Shown in pieces: positions 1 through 6,121 of a DNA stretch of 32,559 bases; position 1 is the stretch's first letter; every line of letters starts with the position of its first letter. Source of the DNA: Candidatus Limnocylindrales bacterium (GTDB lineage: Bacteria; Chloroflexota; Limnocylindria; Limnocylindrales; CSP1-4); NCBI GenBank assembly GCA_031292335.1, contig JARLHH010000173.1, positions 1 to 32,559 of the forward strand, written 5' to 3'. The notes under the pieces are model-generated. The model was not told the origin of the DNA. It did no database searches and saw only the letters and a list, made by a program, of their open reading frames with translations. Made by a program: the position numbers and the translations under genes.

Positions 1-100
1 GTGCATTTACGTACACAACCGCGTCGTGTAACCCCCCATCTTTTTGTTTGCGGGGGGGGGGTTCGCGCGGCCCGCCGGGGGGGGGCGGGGCGCGCCCCGG
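1..100. other. Compositionally aberrant, homopolymer-rich window edge (C6, G10 and G9 runs; ~48% GC in the first 50 nt)
   Basis: gtgcatttacgtacacaaccgcgtcgtgtaaCCCCCCatctttttgtttgcGGGGGGGGGGttcgcgcggcccgccGGGGGGGGGc. C6 is at 32-37, G10 at 52-61 and G9 at 77-85. In the tsaD frame the codons here are A/T-ending (AAA, CAA, GAT, TTA, GTT, GTA, AAT), unlike anywhere else in the window. Confidence 0.6.
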
Positions 101-814
101 GGCGGCCAGGTCCACCTCCACCTGGCGCCGGAGCGCGGTCTTGAGGCCGGAGAAGCTGAAGTCGTAGGACTTCCCGAGCCACGCCCGCGGGAGGACCGCG
201 TCACGCGCCCGCGAGCGCGCTGCGGCGGCGGCGATCGCGGGCCCGCCCGGGTATCCCAGGCCGAGCAGGCGGCCGGCCTTGTCGAACGCCTCGCCGGCGG
301 CGTCGTCGACGGTCTCCCCGAGGAGCCGGTAGGCGAGGTGATCTCGCATCTCGACCAGGAACGTGTGCCCACCGGACACGACGAGCGCTACCAGAGGGAA
401 GGGCGGCTCCGGCCGCTCGCGCTCACCGGGATCCAGCAGCCAGGCGGCGTACAGGTGGCCTTCGAGGTGGTTGACCCCGACGAGCGGGCGTCGGTACGCC
501 CAGGCGAGCGTCTTGGCGAAGGCGATGCCCACCAGGAGCGAACCGGCCAGGCCCGGGCCGGCGGTCACCGCGATCGCGTCGACCTCACCGATCGTGATGC
601 CCGCCGTGGCGAGCACCTCCTCGAGCGCCGGCACGATCCAGCGCAGGTGTGCCCGGGCGGCGAGCTCGGGCACGATCCCGCCGGCCGGCGCGTGCAGCGC
701 GATCTGACTGGCGACCGCCTGGGCCAGGATCCGGCGCCCGCCCTGGACGACCGCGACGCCGGTCTCGTCGCAGGATGACTCGATCGCGAGCACGAGGGAG
801 GCCCGGCCGCTCAT
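2..814 (-). CDS. tsaD: tRNA N6-adenosine threonylcarbamoyltransferase TsaD (Kae1/Gcp family). Partial: the ORF runs off the window start, and recognisable homology ends near position 105.
   Basis: I translated this manually because the ORF has no stop in the window and is absent from the ORF track. It starts at ATG 814 and overlaps the rimI stop (ATGA). The N-terminus reads MSGRASLVLAIESSCDETGVAVV...HLEGHLYAAW...LVVSGGHT...DKAGRLLGLGYPGGP...YDFSFSGLKTA, which are the classic TsaD motifs. About 235 aa of the roughly 340 expected are present. The last ~100 nt (1-105) are compositionally aberrant. Confidence 0.85.
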   Translation of the reverse strand, partial: MSGRASLVLAIESSCDETGVAVVQGGRRILAQAVASQIALHAPAGGIVPELAARAHLRWIVPALEEVLATAGITIGEVDAIAVTAGPGLAGSLLVGIAFAKTLAWAYRRPLVGVNHLEGHLYAAWLLDPGERERPEPPFPLVALVVSGGHTFLVEMRDHLAYRLLGETVDDAAGEAFDKAGRLLGLGYPGGPAIAAAAARSRARDAVLPRAWLGKSYDFSFSGLKTALRRQVEVDLAAPGRAPPPPGGPREPPPRKQKDGGLHDAVVYVNA

Positions 815-1359
815 CCGGAACCACCCGGCGGCAGGGCATCCGGAAGGTCCGCGTCGGGCAGATCCGCCAGCTCCGCGCCGAGCGCGGCGAGGCGGGCCCG
901 CATGTCGGGCGACGCGAGCGGTTCGGTGGTCATGATCAGCGCGTCCTCGTGATCGTCGCTGTAGTACCGCGGCCGGATCCCGACCGGCCGGAAGCCGTAC
1001 TTCTCGTACAGCCGGCGCGCCGGGACGTTCGAGAGGCGCACCTCCAGGGTCGCCTCGCGTGCCCCCCGCTCGACCGACAGCTCCAGCGCCGCCACGAGGA
1101 GGCGCTCCCCGATCCTCCGCCGGCGCCAGGCGGGTGCCACCGCGAACGTCGTGATGTGCGCCTCGTCGACCATCAGCCAGATCCCGGCGTAGGCGACGAC
1201 GTCGCGCCCCGCCCGGACGACGAGGTAGTGGGCCAGCTTGTTCGTCTCCAGCTCCGCCTGGTAGGCGTGGGTCGGCCAGGGAGTGGTGAAGCTGGCACGC
1301 TCGATCGCCTGCACCGCCGGCAGGTCGTCGAACGTCATCCGCTCGATGGAGAGCTTCAA
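811..1359 (-). CDS. rimI: Ribosomal-protein-alanine N-acetyltransferase RimI (GNAT family)
   Basis: This is the C-terminal part of the 811..2262 ORF. It reads LKLSIERMTFDDLPAVQAIERASFTTPWP...FAVAPAWRRRRIGERLL...LEVRLSNVPARRLYEKYGF, with the GNAT Q/RxxGxG/A-like motif. I chose the TTG start at 1359 because it overlaps the tsaB stop (TTGA). ATG at 1338 is the alternative start. The position between tsaB and tsaD is canonical. Confidence 0.85.
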   Translation of the reverse strand: MKLSIERMTFDDLPAVQAIERASFTTPWPTHAYQAELETNKLAHYLVVRAGRDVVAYAGIWLMVDEAHITTFAVAPAWRRRRIGERLLVAALELSVERGAREATLEVRLSNVPARRLYEKYGFRPVGIRPRYYSDDHEDALIMTTEPLASPDMRARLAALGAELADLPDADLPDALPPGGSG

Positions 1360-2102
1360 AGGCGGACGGGCGACCACGTCGTTCCCTCCACGCTGCCCGT
1401 TGCCGTCGGCGCGCCCCGCGGGAGCGTGACGTACTCCGGGACCACCTGCGCGGGATCGTCGGAATCGCCCGCGGCGAGACGGACGGCACCCAGCCGGAGC
1501 AGGACCCCCGGAAGGCGGTCCGTTGCGGCGTCGCCGCGTGCCACGGCCGCACCAGGGGCTCGCCCGGCGAGATCCACCGCGACGAGCACCGCATCCGCCG
1601 GGAGGTCGGGCAGCGCCACGCCGATCACGAGCTGCGTCCCGGCCCGCGTCACGAGGTAGCGGCCGGACGGGCCGGCAGGCAGGAGCAGCGCGAGGCGCCG
1701 GCCGTCGGTGGCCGGGTCCGCCGCCTCCGCCGCGGCGAGCAGCGCGACCCCGCTTCCGATGGCGACCAGCGGGGTGCGGAACGCCACCGCGAGCGCTTTG
1801 GCGGTCGCCAGCCCGACCCGGAGCCCGGTGAAGGCGCCCGGGCCCGTCCCGACGACGATCCCCGCCAGGCCGGAGAGCGCGCCCCGGTCCCAGCCATGGC
1901 CGGCGAGCAGCGCCTCGAGGCGCGGCAGGAGCTCCTCCACGTGGCGATGCCCGGCCGGCCAGGTGTCGGCCGCGAGCAACGTCCCGTCGGCCGCCCCGAG
2001 GGCAAGGACGGTCCGTGACGTCGCGGTGTCGATGGCCAGCAGCATCCCGACGGTGCCGCGCACCCCCAGGCCAGCGTCTCCGGTCGCGTCGCCGGCCGTC
2101 AT
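1356..2102 (-). CDS. tsaB: tRNA threonylcarbamoyladenosine biosynthesis protein TsaB
   Basis: Contains MLLAIDTATSRTVLALG...GTGPGAFTGLRVGLATAKALA, the TsaB/YeaZ signature. ATG at 2102 overlaps the tsaE stop (ATGA). The alternative ATG at 2045 (MLLAIDTA) would remove a 19-aa N-terminal extension. Confidence 0.85.
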   Translation of the reverse strand: MTAGDATGDAGLGVRGTVGMLLAIDTATSRTVLALGAADGTLLAADTWPAGHRHVEELLPRLEALLAGHGWDRGALSGLAGIVVGTGPGAFTGLRVGLATAKALAVAFRTPLVAIGSGVALLAAAEAADPATDGRRLALLLPAGPSGRYLVTRAGTQLVIGVALPDLPADAVLVAVDLAGRAPGAAVARGDAATDRLPGVLLRLGAVRLAAGDSDDPAQVVPEYVTLPRGAPTATGSVEGTTWSPVRL

Positions 2103-2569
2103 GCCAGCGCCTCCAGCAGGCGGTGGTGGCGCGGGTCGGTCGCCCGGCAGGCCAGCGTCCGTGCGTGGTCGCCCGACCCCGCGAGCCGGATCTCGAGTCG
2201 CCCGGTCGGCAGGGCCGGCCCCAGGCGCTCGGCCCACTCGACCACGGTGACGCCATCGGCACCCCGCTCGTCGAGAAGCCCCGCGGCGAGCGCCTCCTCC
2301 GGGCCGGCCAGGCGATAGCAGTCGAGGTGGAACAGGGGCAGGCGCCCTTCGTGCTCGGACAGCAGGACGAACGTGGGCGAGGCGACCGGGCCCACCACGC
2401 CGAGGCCGCGGGCGATGCCGCGGGCCAGCTCGGTCTTGCCGGCCCCCAGCGGGCCGGTCAGCGCGATGACGTCCCCGGCGGCGGCGGCACGCCCGAGTCG
2501 CTCGCCGAGCGCACGCATGGCGGCTGGGTCGGGAGCGACAAGACGAAACTCCGGCGGGGCGGCGTTCAT
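2099..2569 (-). CDS. tsaE: tRNA threonylcarbamoyladenosine biosynthesis ATPase TsaE
   Basis: 156-aa ORF with the Walker A motif LTGPLGAGKTELARGIARGLG followed by SPTFVL...HLDCYRL, the TsaE/YjeE signature. It lies immediately upstream of tsaB. Confidence 0.9.
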   Translation of the reverse strand: MNAAPPEFRLVAPDPAAMRALGERLGRAAAAGDVIALTGPLGAGKTELARGIARGLGVVGPVASPTFVLLSEHEGRLPLFHLDCYRLAGPEEALAAGLLDERGADGVTVVEWAERLGPALPTGRLEIRLAGSGDHARTLACRATDPRHHRLLEALA

Positions 2570-2578
2570 CCCCAGAGC

Positions 2579-3595
2579 CTACCGGTTGGCGGCGCCGACG
2601 GAGAACCGCTCCAGGTCCCCGATCGCGATCGGCAGCGTGCGGCCGTCGTCGAGGGCCACCAGCCCGGTCTCGACCACGACGCCTCCGCGCAGGCGACGCG
2701 GGCCCCCGGGTCCCAGCCAGCGGCCCTCGCTGCCGGCCGCCTGGCCACCCCGGACGACCACGCGGTCGGGCTCCGGGAACGGCAGCAACCGGTCCGCCGG
2801 CAGGAGCAGCAGCGGAGGATCGCCGACGGTCCCGACCAGCGCCCCGGAGACCGCCTCCAGGACAGCCTGGACCGCCGAAGGGAAGGCGCGCCGGAGATAC
2901 CCGCCGAGCACGAGCACCCCGAAGGACGCCAGGTGGTGCGGGCCGGCCTGCTGGCGGGCCGCCGAGGCCGCAAGGTCGCGTCGATCGCGCTCGGCGAGCG
3001 ATCCGACGACCACGCCGTGGATTCCCATCGCCCGGGCCCGGGTGATCGCCTCCGCATCCACCCGGCCCGGCATGACCACCACCGCGCCGGCGAGCGCGAC
3101 GTCGAGCGCAAGGTGCGGGTCGGAACCCTCCGGCAGCAGGACCAGGCGGCCCGCGTGCGGCTCCCCGAGCAGCTCGGTTGCGACCAGGCCCGGCCCGTCG
3201 ATCTCGAGCACGAGCGCAACGCCTGGGTGCACCTCGACCAGGCGGCCGTCCGCGGGGGCGCTGAGATGGTCCGGGTGCGAACCGGTCGCCAGGCGCCGCC
3301 GCCCGCCGTGCTCGAAGAGCAGCTCGCCGGGTGGCGTGCCGGGGCGACGGCCGGGTCGCGCGTGCTCGCCGGGCAGCCAGGTGCCGGGGAGCGGGATCCC
3401 CTGGTCCGCCCCGTGCCGGGGCAGCACCACCTCGACCAGCCGGGGGTCGCGGATTCGCTCCGCCAGCACGTCGCCGGCGTGGACGGCATCGCCGATCTCG
3501 GCGATCACGCGATCACCCGGCTGCAGCTCCAGGCGGACGCGCGGTCGCGGAACGAGGAGCGCCCGGGGCGGGACCAGGTCCAGCGTGCCGGTCAC
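2579..3595 (-). CDS. Hypothetical protein, 338 aa, no family recognised. It may contain barrel-sandwich (lipoyl/biotinyl-like) hybrid motifs.
   Basis: This is the C-terminal third of the 942-aa ORF 2579..5407. Upstream of 3595 that frame becomes Arg/Pro/Gly-rich junk overlapping the 571-aa gene. GTG at 3595 overlaps the upstream stop (GTGA), and a GGAG lies ~10 nt upstream. Amino-acid composition is normal and GC3 is high. Segments LQPGDRVIAEIGDAVHAGDVLAE and SAPADGRLVEV resemble hybrid-motif halves. Confidence 0.6.
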   Translation of the reverse strand: MTGTLDLVPPRALLVPRPRVRLELQPGDRVIAEIGDAVHAGDVLAERIRDPRLVEVVLPRHGADQGIPLPGTWLPGEHARPGRRPGTPPGELLFEHGGRRRLATGSHPDHLSAPADGRLVEVHPGVALVLEIDGPGLVATELLGEPHAGRLVLLPEGSDPHLALDVALAGAVVVMPGRVDAEAITRARAMGIHGVVVGSLAERDRRDLAASAARQQAGPHHLASFGVLVLGGYLRRAFPSAVQAVLEAVSGALVGTVGDPPLLLLPADRLLPFPEPDRVVVRGGQAAGSEGRWLGPGGPRRLRGGVVVETGLVALDDGRTLPIAIGDLERFSVGAANR

Positions 3596-5307
3596 GCGTC
3601 GCGCTCCGGCCACAGGGCAGCTTCCCAGGTTCCGAGCAGCTCGCGCCGGCGGTCGGGGCGCTCCGGCAGCCGGAGCGGGATGTCTCGCAGGTCGAGCAGG
3701 AGGCCGGCGAGGCCGCCGGTGACCGGGATCTGGAAGCGGCGGCCGCGCGGCCCGAGATCGGGGGTTCCGCGGAAGGAGAGCTCGGCCGTGCCGCGCGCGC
3801 CGGGCGGAAGGTCGACGAGAGTCAGGCCGCCCGCCACGAGGTCGACCTCGGAGCGCCCGCCGCTCGTCGTGAGCGCGAGCTGCCCGGCCAGCCGGTTCGG
3901 TCGCATGCCACGCGGCGTGACGACCGTCCCGAGTCGCAGGAGCAGGTCCTCGGCCAGGTCCGCGACGAGCGCGTCCCGTTCCGCGTCGTCGTCGATCGTC
4001 CCGATCGGGCCAAGGAGCCGAGCATGGTCGATCGCGATCTGCATCGCCCCCGGCCGGCGGATGACGTCGGCGATGACGTGGGCGGCCGCGGGGCCGGGCA
4101 CCGCGGACCACGCCCCACCGGCGCCGATCACGAGATCCACGCTGCCGTCGCCGAGCACGGGCACGGTCGCCACGAGGAGGCGCTCCAGCGCGGCGCGGAG
4201 GGCGGCTCCCCGGAGCAGGGCGCCGTCTCCCTCGAGATCGCTCCACGGCGCCATCGCCAGCTCCGCCAGCCGGTCCCGCAGGCGGGCCCGGTCCAGGCCC
4301 TGCGTGAACCAGTAATCGACCCGGTCGATCGCCCCGGGACTGCTCACCCGGAACAGCGCCGCCTCGGGCGCCTCCAGGACCTCGACGCGCACGCCGCTCC
4401 CGCCGTCGGGGCGCGGCGAGGCGAGGATGCGCGTCGCTCCCGCGACGCCGATCTCGAGGATCTCCACCCGCAGCCCCAGGACGCGGGCAAGCGAGCCGGC
4501 GGCCGCGGCGATCGCGCGTCGGCTGTCGGTCGGACCACGGCGAGCGTCCGCCAGCGCCATCCGCAGGTCCGAGGCTGCCGGCTCCCCGGGCGCGCGGGCC
4601 GGCGCCGCGAGCCGCACCAGGTCCGGGTCGCGCAGGATGTCGAGCAGCGGCGCTTCCGGGATGGGTCCCGCCAGGAAGATGCGCATGCCAGGGCGTCGGG
4701 CCGCGATCCCGGCCGCCGCGACCGCCAGCTCGGCGGCCAGGTCCCGCTCGTCGGAATCGGGCGGATCGGCCACACCGACGAGGAGGGCCGCCACGCCGGG
4801 GCGCGTCGCCATCCGGGTGAGCTCGAGCGGATCCGTCCGCTCGGCGCTGCCCGCCACGACGTTCCAGCCGGCTCCCGCCGCGGCCTCTTCCAGCAGAGCG
4901 CGGGTGCGCTCGGTCGCCGCGATGACGGCGAGCGTCGCGGCCGGCACGCTCCGCGCCATCAGCCGGGGCAGGTCGAGGAGCTCGTGCCCGCCCCCCGGCC
5001 GGCCCAGGGCCGCCTCGACAAGATCCGGGTCCGCGGCGCGGAGACGATCCACGAGCAGCCGGGTGAGGGCATCCCGGTCGCTGCCGGCAGGGAGCGCCGT
5101 GGCCGCCAGCAGGCGCCAGCGTCCGTCGACGCGACCGACGATCGCGCCGGCGAGCGTCGCCGTTCCCTGGTCGAGGGTCACGAAGGCGCCGTGCGGATCG
5201 GCGGCACCAGCCGGGGTCACGCTCGGGGAAGGCAGGGAGGCGGCCCCGGGCGAATCGGGCCCGCGGTCGTCGAGGGGACCGGCAGGTTCCGCCTCGGCGC
5301 GGCTCAC
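3592..5307 (-). CDS. GlmL/MutL-like (glutamate mutase accessory, hydantoinase-branch ASKHA fold) protein, 571 aa, with no mutase partner nearby
   Basis: GTG start at 5307 overlaps the upstream stop (GTGA). After a ~40-aa disordered N-terminus, several segments match the motif order I remember for the GlmL/MutL family: VTLDQGTATLAG resembles ASKHA phosphate-1 DxGST; RIFLAGP follows; LEIGVAGATRIL resembles DIGGATTD; then VDLVIGAGGAW; and the C-terminus has VTGGLAGLLLDLRDIPLRLPE. The assignment is from memory, not from a search. Confidence 0.55.
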   Translation of the reverse strand: MSRAEAEPAGPLDDRGPDSPGAASLPSPSVTPAGAADPHGAFVTLDQGTATLAGAIVGRVDGRWRLLAATALPAGSDRDALTRLLVDRLRAADPDLVEAALGRPGGGHELLDLPRLMARSVPAATLAVIAATERTRALLEEAAAGAGWNVVAGSAERTDPLELTRMATRPGVAALLVGVADPPDSDERDLAAELAVAAAGIAARRPGMRIFLAGPIPEAPLLDILRDPDLVRLAAPARAPGEPAASDLRMALADARRGPTDSRRAIAAAAGSLARVLGLRVEILEIGVAGATRILASPRPDGGSGVRVEVLEAPEAALFRVSSPGAIDRVDYWFTQGLDRARLRDRLAELAMAPWSDLEGDGALLRGAALRAALERLLVATVPVLGDGSVDLVIGAGGAWSAVPGPAAAHVIADVIRRPGAMQIAIDHARLLGPIGTIDDDAERDALVADLAEDLLLRLGTVVTPRGMRPNRLAGQLALTTSGGRSEVDLVAGGLTLVDLPPGARGTAELSFRGTPDLGPRGRRFQIPVTGGLAGLLLDLRDIPLRLPERPDRRRELLGTWEAALWPERDA

Positions 5308-5594
5308 GCGTCCCAGACCGACTCCTCGTCGAGCTCCTCGAGTCGATCGAGCAGCTGCTCGATGCCAGCCTCGTCGGCCAGCAACGCGCTCGCGGGTGCG
5401 CTGCCACCCCCGAAGATCTGGCGCAGGACCGGGTCGAAGAATGTCATCGCGCTGCCCGCCAGCCCGCCGTCCGGCATGCTCGCATGGAGGAAGAGGACTG
5501 CCGGCCCGGTCATGCCGGAAAGCTGGATCTCGCGCGCCACCTCCTCGACGAGGGCGGCCCGCTGCTCGTCACCTGGGAGCACGGGAAACGTCAC
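5304..5594 (-). CDS. Hypothetical small acidic protein, 96 aa
   Basis: GTG start at 5594 overlaps the macro-domain gene stop (GTGA), and its own stop overlaps the next start (GTGA). Third codon positions are almost all G/C. The composition is not Arg/Pro-rich, and the C-terminus is acidic (LLDRLEELDEESVWDA). I recognise no family. Confidence 0.55.
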   Translation of the reverse strand: MTFPVLPGDEQRAALVEEVAREIQLSGMTGPAVLFLHASMPDGGLAGSAMTFFDPVLRQIFGGGSAPASALLADEAGIEQLLDRLEELDEESVWDA

Positions 5595-6121
5595 GCCGGC
5601 ACCCCGGCCGGGACGGCCTCGGCGGCCGCAAGCGCGAGGCGGAAGGCCTCGTACGCCGCCGCACCGCGCAGGGCGAGCGTCACGCGAACGACCCGCGGCG
5701 AGCGAGCCAGCTCGGCGCGGACCGCGGCGACCGTCACCCGGGCCGCCTCCGCGATCGGGAAGCCGCCCACGCCGGTCCCCAGGGCCGGGATCGCGAGCGT
5801 CTCCACGCCGAGATCCCGAGCGTGCACGAACGCACTCCGGATGGCGCGATCGATCGCCCCGGCGTCCGTGCGGCGTACCTGGTCGAGCGAGACGGCGTGG
5901 ATCACCCAGCGAGCCGCCAGCGATCCCGCGCCCGTCACGATCGCGTCGCCCACCTCGGCGGGCCCCTGTCGGACCGCGGCGAACTCGATCGCGTCACCGC
6001 CCCGGCGCTTGACCGCGCCCGCGACGCCCGTTGCCATCCAGAGACTTGGGCTTGCCGGGCTCACGATCGCGTCCACCTCGAGGTCGCAGATGTCGCCGTT
6101 CCAGATCGCGATGTCTGCCAT
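5591..6121 (-). CDS. Macro domain protein (ADP-ribose / O-acetyl-ADP-ribose binding or hydrolase family)
   Basis: 176-aa ORF reading GDICDLEVDAIVSPASPSLWMATGVAGAVKRRGG...VTGAGSLAARWVIHAV...LAIPALGTGVGGFP. This matches the macro-domain layout GDIT..DAIVNAAN..GGGV....IAFPaIstGvyG, but with Ser in place of the first Asn. Confidence 0.8.
   Translation of the reverse strand: MADIAIWNGDICDLEVDAIVSPASPSLWMATGVAGAVKRRGGDAIEFAAVRQGPAEVGDAIVTGAGSLAARWVIHAVSLDQVRRTDAGAIDRAIRSAFVHARDLGVETLAIPALGTGVGGFPIAEAARVTVAAVRAELARSPRVVRVTLALRGAAAYEAFRLALAAAEAVPAGVPA

Noticed and set aside
3596-5407. The N-terminal two-thirds of the 942-aa minus-strand ORF 2579..5407, considered as a single giant protein.
   Set aside because: Upstream of 3595 the translation is Arg/Pro/Gly junk and overlaps the 571-aa GlmL-like gene, which has normal composition, in another frame. 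Only the last 338 aa, starting at the GTG coupled to the upstream stop, look like real protein.
2015-6012. Very long plus-strand ORFs (2015..4315, 766 aa; 3331..6012, 893 aa). Similar ones occur elsewhere: 8263..10827 (854 aa), 21491..23872 (793 aa), 13772..15610 (612 aa) and 4427..6445 (672 aa).
   Set aside because: All lie antisense to well-supported minus-strand genes. All are extremely Arg/Pro/Gly/Ala-rich and have no recognisable motifs. Open antisense frames are expected at ~70% GC because stop codons are AT-rich.
5591-6121. The macro domain as the antitoxin of a DarT/DarG-type toxin-antitoxin or other defence system.
   Set aside because: There is no DarT-like, ART, sirtuin or nuclease partner in the window. 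The macro protein is a bare 176-aa domain without the DarG C-terminal region. The neighbours are housekeeping genes on one coupled transcript, with no compositional sign of horizontal acquisition.
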